From Eledone cirrhosa (Eukaryota), in NCBI GenBank assembly GCA_964016885.1, contig OZ024740.1, positions 116,312,001-116,376,000 on the forward strand: a stretch of DNA of 64,000 bases. Reading direction: 5' to 3'. Both the position numbers and the translations under genes were made by a program. Each line of letters begins with the position of its first letter. The stretch's first letter is position 1. The notes below the pieces were generated by a model, which was not told the DNA's origin, did not search any database, and saw only the letters and a list, made by a program, of their open reading frames with translations. Shown here one piece after another: positions 1-14,335 of this stretch.

Positions 1-304
1 TCCAAAGTACCAGTCAAGTAGTGGAGTCAATTTAATCACCTTTCCCCTCCTGATAAATTGCTAGCCTTATGACTAAATAAGAATCATTAATTTTATAACT
101 TTTATCAGTCAAATTCTCCATCCTTCCGCTAATCCCAAATATGTCATGCTATCATTAATCAATTCACTGCCTGGGCGTATGTAGTTTTTACTGGAAAACA
201 TTAATTCAAGGCTTGCTAACTAGATGTTGTTAAAAGAAATCCCAATATACAACTGAGCCACAAGTTTAAATAATTAAATGCTAAAGTATTCAAATGGGAA
301 GTCA

Positions 305-504
305 NNNNNNNNNNNNNNNNNNNNNNNNNNNNNNNNNNNNNNNNNNNNNNNNNNNNNNNNNNNNNNNNNNNNNNNNNNNNNNNNNNNNNNNNNNNNNNNN
401 NNNNNNNNNNNNNNNNNNNNNNNNNNNNNNNNNNNNNNNNNNNNNNNNNNNNNNNNNNNNNNNNNNNNNNNNNNNNNNNNNNNNNNNNNNNNNNNNNNNN
501 NNNN
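305..504. other. Assembly gap (200 N)
   Basis: Run of N. Confidence 0.99.
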
Positions 505-1306
505 AACTTATAAACATATCTAGACCTCTACAGACTAGCTAGAAACAACAGTCAACTCTTCTTAAAGTCACACATTATTGTCTTAAACGAATGAGGCATT
601 ATAGAATGATGTAATAGATACATTATCACACGCATGAATGAATGGTTAAGAAGTCCACTTCACCACCATAAGGTCCCGGGTTCTTGGGCAAGTGTTTTTT
701 TTTTGTTTTACCATAGTCCCGGGTTGGTTCAAGCTTTGTAAGAAAATCGAGAGCGAAATCGTCTGAAGCGAGTCAGACGGACTGTACCTGTAATTCAAAG
801 GTCCCGTTTTGTCATACATTGTGCCATGTTGATTCCTCTCGGGAATTACTTTAAGAGTACACGTGTTTGTGGAATATTCAGCAATCAACGTTAATCCACA
901 AGTTGGACGTTGAGTTGGTCGAACAATTGAATTATCATCATTATATATATGTATATAATATATATATATATAATGATAATTGTTTCTACTTTTGGCACAA
1001 GGCCAGCAATTACCCAGTACATTACTGGTACTTTATTTTATCGACCCCGTAAGGAGAAAAGGCAAAGTTAACCTCGGCGGGATTTGAACTCAGACTGTAA
1101 AGGGACGTAACTATGCTAGAAAGCATGGCGTCCAACACTCTACCGATACTGCCAAATGATAATGATGACATGTTGAGAGATCCTATCCTCTTTGCTGAAG
1201 GTCGCAGACCATTGACAATTGCACCAATGCCCATCTATATGTTGCTGTATGTCCATGATTTTCATCGGGAAAAAAGTGACATTAGTGGGTCCCGAATCCT
1301 TTTCCG

Positions 1307-1892
<586 letters not shown>

Positions 1893-2203
1893 TTCGTTTC
1901 TGAATTTATTTAGCAAGATTCTTTATCTGAAAACGTGTGTTGAAACCGATATTGTTATACTTTGGGAGGGTCATGTTGCCAATAAGAAACACACGCACCA
2001 GTTGCTTTCACTTCAATTTATTATAATAAATTTATAAATTTGGGAATTTATAAATTTCCGGTTGGTTGGTTGGTTGGATGGTTCCACAACCAGATGGTTG
2101 TTTATATATTGTCAAAGTTCTTTCGTCACACATTCTGTGACCTCTTCAAAATGGTGTAGGACAGAACAAAAGAGAGGCACAAAAACAAAGAAAAGAATCC
2201 CCA

Positions 2204-2246
2204 GTCACTGAAGAGGTCTCAGAATATGTGACGAAAGAACTTTGAC
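2204..2246 (+). ncRNA. Minimal type-I hammerhead ribozyme, family B
   Basis: GUCA-CUGAAGA-G-GUCUC agaauau GUGAC-GAAA-GAAC-UU-UGAC; inside palindrome 1949-2148/2209-2400. Confidence 0.7.
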
Positions 2247-2396
2247 AATATATAAACAACCATCTGTTTGTGGAACCAACCAACTAACCGGAAATTTATA
2301 AATTCCTAAATTTATAAATTTATTATAATAAATTGAAGTGAAAGCAACTGGTGCGTGTGTTTCTTATTGGCAACATGACCCTCCCAAAGTATAACA

Positions 2397-2428
<32 letters not shown>

Positions 2429-2543
2429 GTATGTATATATATATATGTATATATATATGTATGTATATATATATATGTATGTATAGATATATATGTATGT
2501 ATATATATATATGTATGTATAGATATATATATGTATCTATATA

Positions 2544-2575
<32 letters not shown>

Positions 2576-2665
2576 AATATGTATATATATATATGTATAT
2601 ATATATGTATGTATATATATATGTATGTATATATATATACATACATATATATATATATACATACA

Positions 2666-3060
2666 TGACCCCTTAGCCTTTGTCAAGGCAGAATTCTATG
2701 AGAAGGAAAACTCTGATATAACACCTGCAACTCTGATGGTATCCAATGATGTTGACTTGTTCTTCTTTTTGGTAAATATCATCTTGGTTAAGAGAGTGGG
2801 ACTGGCTTTGTGCAGTGCCTTTGCTCTCTATAAAAGCTTCACGGCACAGGCATATCTGGAGATCTCTCTGCACTTGTCGTCACATGGTACCATGGGCCCA
2901 GCACTATGTGTCAATATTTGTCACAGGTGTAGTGTTTGTACCAGAGTTTTCAAGTCGCTGGCTGGACTAAAAAGTCACACTCGTTCAGCGCATCGGTAGG
3001 AGTTCTCCTAAATAGATATAAGGTAGTGGCCGTACTCGAAAACGAGTTGGCAGCTACCAT
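2666..3060 (+). mobile_element. Non-autonomous RTE-derived element
   Basis: Ends in an RTE-type C2H2 remnant CSVCTRVFKSLAGLKSHTRSAHR*, a short 3' UTR and an (ATGT)-like tail; homologous to 59361-59884 (-). Confidence 0.6.
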
Positions 3061-3073
3061 GTATATATATGTA

Positions 3074-3123
<50 letters not shown>

Positions 3124-3369
3124 GAAATGTTAGCCTGATAATGGGGTTTAGAACCCTCAGATAAATGGAAAAAGATGAGTATTGATGTACATTTTTTCCA
3201 TTTATCTGAGGGTTCTAAACCCCATTATCAGGCTAACATTTCTTTAGTTAAAAATACGGTGAAAGCTATTCTATTTTCTAATTTGAAACCTGCTCACTGT
3301 TTCAAAACATACTTACTCGTCATATATATATATATCTATATATATATATATGTATACATACACACAAAA

Positions 3370-3400
<31 letters not shown>

Positions 3401-3596
3401 TATATATATATATATGTTTCTTTGTATGAAATCCTGATGCCTACACTCTATCAATGTATTGAGTACCTTTTTTAATAGAGGTTAGCCCCCTCCCCCAAGA
3501 CAACTCGGTAATCTCCATAAATATCTAATCATATATTAAACACACACACACATATATATATACATACACACACATACATATATATACATACGCACA

Positions 3597-3631
<35 letters not shown>

Positions 3632-3632
3632 G

Positions 3633-3705
<73 letters not shown>

Positions 3706-3761
3706 TTAATATAGATGAGATTCTATAGGACTAGAACTGTTTCATTCATTAGAAATCATCA

Positions 3762-3814
3762 GAGATTCCTGATGATTTCTAATGAATGAAACAGTTCTAG
3801 TCCTGTAGAATCTC
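3762..3814 (+). ncRNA. Hammerhead ribozyme, family A
   Basis: GAGAUUC-CUGAUGA-uUUC uaau GAAu-GAAA-CAG uucuaguc CUG-UA-GAAUCUC; 7-bp stem I; palindrome 3702-3829. Confidence 0.8.
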
Positions 3815-3896
3815 ATCTATATTAAAACTTTTATACTCTGCTATGTATTGAGTACCTTACTTACTGTGGTTACCTCCGATTCAACCCGGAATAACG

Positions 3897-3931
<35 letters not shown>

Positions 3932-4034
3932 ATGTATATATATATATCGGTGTGTGTATGTATATATATATACATATATATATGTATATATATATATATA
4001 TGTGTGCGTGTGTGTGTATATATATATATGTGTG

Positions 4035-4093
<59 letters not shown>

Positions 4094-4365
4094 ATGTATA
4101 TATATATATATATATATATATTCTTTGCTATCCGTTGATCAGTACTAAAAGGCGAATTGAACGAAGCCTTAATTTAAATTGCAGTTTCGTCTATCTTTTA
4201 AATATATATTAGACTATAGTCACTTCTAATAAAATCTCCAGTGATGATTTCAAACTTTCTGAACAACTGAGTAAACGAAAGCTGTGTGCTTGTGTGCGTG
4301 CAATAGATATACACACACATTATATATACATAATGTGTGTTTATGCAATAGATATACACACACCT

Positions 4366-4397
<32 letters not shown>

Positions 4398-4465
4398 CGT
4401 GCAATAGATATAAACACACACACATATATATATATATGTGTGTATATCAATTGAACATATATATA

Positions 4466-4530
<65 letters not shown>

Positions 4531-4740
4531 AATATATATACACACATATATTCGCCGAAAATAAGTGACATAGTCACTACTTTAAAACTAAATGTTTTTA
4601 ATGAAACATACGGTATATTGCCAAATACACTATACATACATACATGGCATGGTCAGTTGACCGGCTACTGCCCACAACAAGACAACCCGTCTAACCCATG
4701 CTAGCGTGGAAGAACGGACGTAAAACGGTGATGATGATGA

Positions 4741-4809
<69 letters not shown>

Positions 4810-6365
4810 TATATATATATATATATAGTGGAAGACCGAAACGTGAAAATCAGAGAACACCAATGAAGAGCATCACTTTCAAATAAATATATTTCTATAA
4901 TATGTAGTAGGTACCTTTTCTCCCGCTTTAATCTTCATATGTATGTCGTTATTGAATGGTATTGAACGAACCGATGACTTTGTGGCGACAACTACCTGGA
5001 CTTCATTTTTTTGCTGCTCCAGTAGCTTTAATCATGCTAACAAGTGCAACATCAATGGGGGACGTCCTTTATGAACAGATATCATTTAGACTTTTCTACA
5101 TCCCTGTGACCCTGACCCGCATCAAGAGGTTAACAAAAGGGGACTCCATTGTATAGGTAGACAGTTACTTTTATTCTATGGAATGTGAGCTAGCTTCTTA
5201 AGCTCTGCCTCAACTTTCCGATAGTTTTAATGTTTAAATGTCATTTAGTGTTCCATCCCATCATTCACCTTCCCAACCTTTTTCTTTCCCCACAAAATTT
5301 ATGAGGGATGATGTTGTCAGGTTGATTATTTCGGGGTATAAAAAAGGGACTCCAGACTGCAATGAAAGGATGCTGACTTCGTGACACTTTATTTAACTTT
5401 TAACAAATAATTTCCAATCATAAATATTTTCATTGAAAAATAGCTAAATTATCTTAATTTTTCTAACTCTCTCGACATAGGTTGTTGATGTTTTTGTTTA
5501 ACACAAAGTTTTGTTTAGCCTTAATCGAAAAGACAGATCAAAAGTATTGCAGCTACGACCATCCTGTCTTTTTTTTTTTTACTCTGATGTTGGATTCCCC
5601 GTCGGTTTCGACGACGACCATTCAGTTTTTCGATCAACCGAACGTCCAACTCGTGAATTAACATACAAGGAGTTGAGTATTTCACAGACACGTGTACTCT
5701 TAACATAATTCCCAAACTAAATACACACTATTAACAAGGTTGTATGTTTCAATTACATGTACAATCCATCAGACAAGCTTCTATAGTTTCCATTTTCCCA
5801 ATTTTCCTCAAAAGATTTCGTTCGACTCAAGGTTATGGTAAAGATGCTATGCAGTGAAATTGAACAAGGGAACTCATGAATACGAAGCGAACTTCTTAAC
5901 CACTCAGCCATGTCTACATCTACATATATGTTATATGTACTTTTTTTTATCAATTAATATCTTTGAAAGTTTTCTGAAAGATTCCAACTAATATTGGTGA
6001 TTGGGGTATTCATGCGAGGACGGTTTCCTCATTGGATGTTACGGCCCATAGTATGAATTGAGCTCAATATTGCAAGATATGGCTATATATTATTTAATTA
6101 TGACTAACCTTTTTGGTTAATTCTACCCAAGGTAACATTTAGTTCAACAGACCGAGTTATCTTTTAATTTGACCAGTGGTATGATGCGGATCATTGTTCT
6201 CTCTCCCTCTCTCTTCATATACATACATACATTGTTCTCTCTCTCCCTCTCTCTTCATACATACATACATTGTCCTTCTTTCAATCAATATGTTTTCTCA
6301 TAAAAATATAATTTCACGTGAATGAAAAGCTGAATTGCTTTTCTTTTATCTAACAGGGGTTATTA

Positions 6366-6423
<58 letters not shown>

Positions 6424-7139
6424 TTAGATAGTGCGTGTGTATGTGAGCACTTGTGAATGTTTGTTTATGTATGTGTATGTGGTGATTGATAAAATTGGAG
6501 AGGACAATAAATTAACTTTTCTCCCTCAGGAATTTTTCAGTAAATCTCACAGATAACAAGTATCTTATGAATAAATTCAAACGACCAATCAATATATCTT
6601 ATGTATTGAATATCGATGATTAAGAACGCCATTCAGAAGAAAAAATGTCCACTATAAGTGTATCTTTCCTTCTGAATAAATTCCAATATTAAAAGCCTTA
6701 GTATGTTTCCTTCTCAATAATTTACAGATGATTAAATATCAAATATTGACTGGTCGTTCTCTTTTTTATGTCTGTTGTCCTCAGTCCCCGGTGTGCAGTT
6801 TTCATTGACTAAATCGGAAGTATTTGTCATAAAGAAGAAGGATCCCAGTGAAGTGAAATAGTTGATACAGCAGGTATCACTGGCTGTTCTTCGTAGCAAT
6901 GTTTTTTACGCTCTTGTCCGCAGAGTACAGCTAAGATATACTCTCCAGCCAATAATATCCAGCCTCATCCCCATTTTCCCCTGCCTCATTTTATGTTGTC
7001 TTCTGTCTTGTCACTCTGTAAGTTGCAGTCTTAAAAAGTAAATCATCCACACAAATAAAGAAATACAGATGTATAAATAGTTTTGGTATCTTTGCTTCTG
7101 AATAAACTTTTATACAAATATATGTACTCAAAACTTTGG

Positions 7140-7501
7140 TTTCTTTCCTTCTCTGTTGTCGCAGCATGGCCTAATGGTTAAGGAATTCGCTTTACAATCA
7201 TTAAGTTCCGAGTTCGATTCTCCTGGTGGCATATTGAGCAAGTGATATTTACCTTAGTTTCGGGTCGACCCATGGATTATGGGTGAAACTAGATGGACAA
7301 CAACTGTTAGGAAACATGTCGGATGAACTCTACCTGTAATTCTAAGGCCCTTCTCATTCACTGTGTCACGCTAAATCTCAACGAGAATTACGTTAAGGGT
7401 ACACGTGTCTGGAGAATACTTAACCACTGAAACGTTTATTTCACGAGCAGGCTGTTCCGTTAATTGATCAACTGGGATACTCATCGTCTAAATCGACGGA
7501 G
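7140..7501 (+). mobile_element. tRNA-derived SINE family 2 (CORE-like); copies ~632-930, 5590-5930(-), 13400-13700, 37700-38300(-), 40690-41065, 41995-42342, 48575-48810
   Basis: tggcctaatggttaag/gagttcgattc head; shared ctgtgtcacgctgaatctc..gttaagggtacacgtgtc..cgagcaggctgttccgtt body. Confidence 0.7.
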
Positions 7502-9716
7502 AAGTATCCCATTGGACGTCTCTCTTTCTTAATAAATTCCGATATATAAGTACTAATGACTTACGCATCTTTCTTCCTCAATAAATTCCTATACAAATAA
7601 CTATTATATCAATGTATATAACTCAATATCAATACAATGTAGTATAGGACATTTTTCTTGAAATATCACGAGGTTATAGAGATGCAGCATGGCCAACTCA
7701 GCTTTTAATATCTTGAATTCAATCAAATTAAACAGCTAATGAACGAGCCTCTGTGTAGTCACTCGACATGCAAGAAATAGTAGCTAAATTTACCTCAACT
7801 CTCACGTAGCTATCTTTAAAAAGAAGAACATATTGGATGATGCAATCCCGGAAACACTAAAATAAGTGGACACCCGTCGGTCTCATGATGAGTATTCCAA
7901 ATGTTCGGTCAACCAAATGGCATACCCGTTAAAATAACGTGCAAGTGGCTGGGCATTTCATAGATACGTATATACTCCTAACATAATGTTTTGTGATTTT
8001 GACACAGCATGTATCAAAGTTGGCTTTTGGAATTACAGGTGTTCTAGAAACTTTATGTCTAGATAAAAGAATGAATTCTCGTGGCTGGAACTCTTTCCTT
8101 CACAAAAAATTATTTGATAAACATAAAGACCTACATATCATTGAAAACAGTTTAGAATTTGCTCATAACTCATGTTGATGGTCGTGTTCAGATTCTACAA
8201 AAGCTAAATATTAATTTAGGAAACGAAAATCCCCTGGGTTGCATTTTTGTTTGCTTTAGATATGACCTGAAATAATGTGATCCACAAGAGGGAAATAATC
8301 TTTTTTCCATACATTTTAGTTTGGCAGCGTGTGGACTAGTGATTAGGATATTGAACTCATGAACATAAGGTCGTGGGTTCAGATACTTGACTGGGTAGTG
8401 TGTTGTGTTCTTCAGCACAACTCTTCATTTTACGTTGCTTTTCATGATAAGACAAGAGGCCCTATCATTAAAAGAAAAGAGAAACCTATAAGATACAACC
8501 CCTTAGAAAGCCGACTTAGCTTGCATAAGTTGAGCTGCAACAACATAATATGAGGGTGTTAATAAACAAAAACGTCCACCAATCAAAAGGATATTAATTC
8601 GGTGGTTTTCAAGATACCCAACAAACATTCCTCCCACTGCAATCACAGGTTTTCTCAATTTCTTCCCATTTTAAATTGTCATTTAATAATTTTTCAGTCG
8701 AAAAACTCAATAATTGTATAATTCCAAAAATTGTTAATTCGTGATCTCCCTTACAGCTAGATATATTGGTATTTCATTTGACATATATAAAATGTAACCT
8801 ATTCTTTCCCAGTTTCGATTCTTCCCCAATCCCCTCTCCCCAGGATAAGTTTTTTCCACTAGTGTTTTAAATTCTTCCCCTGAACATTAGCTATTTCCTG
8901 TTTGAGAATCACTGCACTGACAGAAATAAGCTATGTATTGTTTTACGTTCGAAACAATAAAATCTCGCTGATTATGTGGTTATGCAAGACAGACTGTTTA
9001 TTGCTAATGTTTGTAGTTCAGCCAAACAGTAGATCAGGCTATCGTTTTGTCGTTACAGACATTATATTGTTTCCGGTTTTGAATCACATATTGAAGACAA
9101 ATTACTATGACAACATATAATTTAGCGGATCAAAGTAAGTTAACATCAGGTTGTATACACGAACCCCCGTAATAGCAACGTATCAAATGTTGAAACCATT
9201 CTATATAGTAATATTAGTTCATCTTCTTTCGTCTGTGCATGACTCTTACCTTTTTTTTTATTCGTGTCTCAATAATACAAAGATTTTATTTGTTTACTTT
9301 TTTTGATTCTTCTGTTCTCGAGATGTGACTTACACTGGGTATTTCTGTTAACAAATACAGAAGATATATACCCAGCTATTGTATTTCTTTGTAGTGGTGG
9401 TGGCTAGGGAAGACTTGAAGGATTGTATTTACGCTGTATATTTTCTAACACGGAAGGGGTTTTTTTTATACACGTGCGTTTGTATATATATATGTATATA
9501 TGTGCATGCATATGTACAAATATTCATATGTATGTACATATGTATATGTATGTATATATGTATATATATATAGAAGTACACATAGATACATACATACATA
9601 TATATATATATTAAAATATATTAAAATAACAGATTAAAGTTTAAGCAAAGAATCGCTGTTTTCACTCTTAACGGGATCTTCTGAAACTAACCATTACTAT
9701 ATATATATATAGAAAT

Positions 9717-9768
9717 GACTTCTACAGGACTAGAACTGTTTCATTTATATGAAATCATCAGGAATGTC
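9717..9768 (-). ncRNA. Hammerhead ribozyme, family A
   Basis: Minus strand GAC(a)UUC-CUGAUGA-uuucauauaaau-GAAA-CAG..CUG-UA-GAAGUC. Confidence 0.7.
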
Positions 9769-10076
9769 CTGATCTACATACCTATCTGGAGAATCTACAT
9801 ATATATATGTGTATGTAGAGGTGTGCGAGCAATGTGACAGCATGCTACTACGTCCGTCTCTGGGTCAAAAACATAGCACACACTTTTTCCTCTCTCTTTT
9901 TTCTTTGCTTGGTTCCTTAAAGATTACCGTCATTCCGTTGGTATAATCTATTACGCAATTTACACCTGATGAGGTCACCGGGTTTTTACGCAACCTAGTA
10001 TACACACACATCAGCCGTTAATATGCATAAGGAAAGTATATACTTTCAAACGTTCAATCGATTGACAGGAAGGTAT

Positions 10077-10111
10077 ACGGTGCTGATGACAGCTAGAAAC
10101 TAGTTCATCGT
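10077..10111 (+). ncRNA. Decayed family E hammerhead (stem II partly deleted) in element ~10011-10370
   Basis: ACGGUG-CUGAUGA-cagcua-GAAA-CUAG-UU-CAUCGU; flanks homologous to the 55330-55783 monomer. Confidence 0.6.
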
Positions 10112-11075
10112 TCCTTTGTCAATGTTGAACAAAAGAGCAACGATGGTTGCCGAACACTGTAGGCTTAATTCGGGCTGTTTGTTTACTAACAAACCGAACA
10201 TTATAATAAATGTTCGGCAAACCCATACGTACATATGTATATGTGTACATGTATGTATGTATATACATACTGCTGTACGTCTGTATACATATATGTATGT
10301 ACGTATACATACTTATATTTAAGTATCAGCCGTACTAAGAGTGAGAAATGAAATTTCAATTTTTCCATTTATATATATATATATATATATATATAGGTTA
10401 TAAAGGCCAAACAAACTGAGATGGCAGTCAAGGTTGATGGCTTCTTGACCGCCATCTCAGTTTGTTTGGCCTTTATAACCTATGTTTATTGTTCTGGTCT
10501 TTATTTGGTCCATGGAGCGCTTGCTAGCATAACTCGGATATTGAGTTTCGCTTTGTTTCCGACCACAGCCGAAATTCGATCTTGCTGAAATTATATTTGT
10601 ATATATATATATATATATCCAGAGCCTTCTCACCCCTGTTGGAGAAACCAACCCCTCCCTGGTTGACCTCCACTGTCAGAGGTGTAGCCGTACTCAACAC
10701 GCTTGGCCAATTGCGGGTTGGTGAGGCTATTCAACCGATAGTTAGGATGGATATCCGTTGAATCTGAGGAGTTTATCCGCCCTTTTAATAACTCCTGTTT
10801 TGGGGCTGTTGGGATTGCGCTTACCTTCCTCAGCAGACCAGTGTCTAGCGGGGGAGTCGGTTTAGTTACGACTGATCGACCGTGCGCGCGCGCGAGAGAG
10901 AGAGAGAGAGAGCGAGAGAGAGTGTGTGCCATGAACAGGCGCCTCTTTCCATTGTTTTCCGTTTCCAAGAGTACTTTACCTGATTCTCTCAACTTCTATT
11001 TACAGCGATCGACTATTGTTATAGTCCTTTACGTTGTATCGACGACTACAAGGTACACACACACACACACACACA

Positions 11076-11126
<51 letters not shown>

Positions 11127-13904
11127 AATCAGAACCCTGACGGCTGAGCTCCGGCCTTTCCAACAGCTAGATCCGAACTAGCCGTAACGGCCGGAGCTCA
11201 GCCGTCGGGGTCCTGACTCTTTTCCTATTACCCACTCTACTATCTTAAGTATCGAGTACTCTGGTGCGTTATGGTCAACCTGGTTCCTTATCACACTTTC
11301 TTTGTTATGTATATATATATATATATAGAGAGAGACATACATACCCGCTGAAAATATTTTGCTGGTATAATTATATTTCGGGTAAAATGTTATCAAGATA
11401 GCATTTCTTTTCGATTATGCAAGACGTAAATGTAACTATACATTTCTTCAGTGGAGCTATTGACTTTTGATATGTTATATTCAGATTAAGACTATCACTT
11501 TCATAGTCGGTGTTTTATGTTGGAACATGATACTCGCAGCCTTTACAGAATCATGTTACTACGTACATTGTACTCCCCGCAGCAGTTTTAGCTTAATTCG
11601 TTCACCAACTATGAACCATGTCCTAATGAGTGTCCCATTGTAAATAAACCGTGACCTAATTAATGTAGCGTGTCTTAATTAATGTACCATTCTACATGAA
11701 CTGTGATCTAATTAATGTACTAGTCTAAATGGCTCGTGTGAAATGAAATTTACAATTCACATATATGCAGGGTTAAATTGCCTTCTACGAGGCTTAATGA
11801 TAGTAGCCCTAGACTTATCATCTAAAGTAACGTGAAAAAAAAGCACCTTTCTCAAGAACACAGCACGCCGCTTGGTCGAAGAATCGAAATTCATTTCATG
11901 TTGCTTTTCATGAGAGGACTGGGGCTACTCACGAAAAACCTCCTATGAAATGCAGCCTTGTAGAAGGCTAATTAAACTTGCATACGTGGGCGGTATAAAT
12001 TTAAGTTGCTTTTTTCTTCTTTTGGTGGGGTGGAGGTGGGGTGGTATTTTATGCTCACTATCCTGTAGATCTATCTCCAATGAACGACTGCTTGATAAAC
12101 TAAATCTGCTGAGGTAAACTTTCAGCCATCATTCGATGTATCGGACCCACCCAGCAAAAATAATGATTTCTACTATAGGCACAAGACCAAAGATTTGGTG
12201 GGGAGGGGGAAAGTCGATTAAATCGATCCCAGTGGTGCTTTATTTTATCGACTCCGTAACATGAAAGGCAAAACTAACCTCTGAATAAAAAGGGCCATAA
12301 ATCTATGCTACAAATCATGGTGTCTGACACTCTACCGATACTGCCAATCCAGCAAAAAGAGTTGTTTCTACTTTTGGCACAAGGTCAGAAATTATCAGTA
12401 CATTACTGGTACTTTATTTTATCGACCCCGTAAGGATGAAAGGAAAAGTTAACTCGACGGGATTTGAACTCAGACCATAAAGGGACGTAACTATTCTGGA
12501 AAGCATGGTGTCTGACCCTCTACCGATACTGCCAAAAAATAGTGTATTTTTAATTTGTTTCTCGACTGGGAGAGAAGCTAACATTTTCCCAAAGACGAGT
12601 TGGAAATATTTTAGCGATATCTCCCTCTGCATAGGAATTATACTGTGCCAGTGATATCCTGGAAATTCCTCTCCACGCAGATTCCTTCGGAAATATTCCT
12701 ATCGTATTGTCAGCAATACTCTTAGAACTTCCTCTGCACGCAGTGTCCTTGTCTAAAAAAATAAGTTTCTGAATGAAATTCTTTCGATACCAACTTAGTT
12801 AAAACCGGTTCTGTTTCTAGAAAACAAAACCACCCATTTTAAAAGGTTCCTATTTAACTTAAAATCTTTCAATATAATTTTATACAAGAATTACGTGTTA
12901 AATTATTATCATAGTAATGGAATAATTAACAATTTTAGTAAATCTGCCAATATTATTCATTAAATAATTTCAATAAAGTGTAATTCATTAGAAATACTAT
13001 CACGAAAGGGTTAAGTCTGACATTAAAAAATCATATTTTATGAGTAGAGATTGTATAGGTATTAAAAAAATCGTAATAATGAGAATTTTTTTAGTTCTTC
13101 TGTACTGTCCCTTGATAGATGTTGTTTCATGGTCCCGGCAGATAGCGGGGGAAATGTACTGAAAACATGCGACTAAAGAAATAACCATACCGTCTGGATA
13201 ATATCAAATATATTTGCAACGGAAATCTAGTATTTATTTTACCTAAACCACACGTACATCCTACTTCTTGGAATGCTAATATTATTTATTAAAAGATCTC
13301 TTAATTTTATCTAAATTTAAGATTTTTTACATTTCAACAGCTTATATTACTAAACAAATGACCTGTAATTTCTGTTCAAGTCTATTCATTTTTAATGAAA
13401 GCGTTAGGCTTGGGTGTTAGGATGGTCGGTTCACGATCGCAAGGTCATGGCTTCAATTACCAGCGGCTCGTTGTATCTTTAAGCAAGACAGTTTATTTCA
13501 TGCTGCTTATGTCCACTCAGATGAGTTTTACCTGTAATTCAAAGGGTCAACCTTATCACATACTGTGTCACGCTAAATCTTTTTAAGCACTGCATTAAGT
13601 ACGCGTGTGTTTATTGAGATGCTCAGCCGCTTGCACGTTAATATGATGAGGAGGCTGGAATAACAGAGACACTCATTGTCGGCACCAATTGAGATCTAGA
13701 TGACATATTTATTACTAATACTAAACTAAACGCTACTAACAGACTTGATATAATATACCAAGAAATAATAATTTATCAAAGTTACCGTTTACTGATGTTA
13801 GCAATCATTGTTTAAATAATTCTGGTCTCAAATAGTAAGTTGACAACACGAACCGAGAGACAGCACTTTTTTTATGTCTGCATAATTCGGTGTTGAAATG
13901 AAAA

Positions 13905-14335
13905 TGAAACTTAAAGCTCACACATATGCAGGTTTATTAGCTGGCATATAACGAGGTTGCATCTCATAGGAGGTTTATCATGTTTTAATGATACGAGACC
14001 CAGCCCTATCACACTTATGTAGGTTAAGTTGGCCTGCTTCGCGGTTGTATGCCGCAGGAAGATTCTTGAGTGTTGTAATCATAGAGGCATCAGTTCCATT
14101 ACGTTGCTGTTGTTACAGTTCACACTTATGTAGGTTGGTTTAGCTGGCCTCTTACGAATTTGCAGCTCACAGGAGTTTTCTTGGCTGTTTATGATAGGGT
14201 TTCTAGTCTTATCAAATTATGATGTTGTTACAGCTTACACTTATGTATCTGGCTTCTTACGAGGTTGTATCTCAGTTTTCTGGACTGTGTTAATGATAGG
14301 GTCCCCAGTCTTATCATGTTATGATGTTGTTATCG
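13905..14335 (-). repeat. ~110-bp diverged tandem repeat derived from a SINE tail; related units 11740-11990, 14940-15130
   Basis: Recurrent cacacttatgtagg..ctggcctcttacgaggttg..taatgatagggt..cagtcttatca; reverse complement of the tail of the SINE at ~8325-8555. Confidence 0.65.

Noticed and set aside
278-542. ORFs spanning X runs
   Set aside because: Artefacts of the N gap.
6780-7020. Possible upstream exon (AG...GTAAG bounded)
   Set aside because: No signal-peptide-like frame found; QQVSLAVLRSN resembles the end of an RLE-type LINE.
7140-7230. tRNA-like A/B boxes here and in many other places
   Set aside because: They are SINE heads; no intact cloverleaf.
9966-10000. CUGAUGA motif (also minus strand ~42775)
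   Set aside because: No correctly placed GAAA/UH or stem I, so not called a hammerhead.
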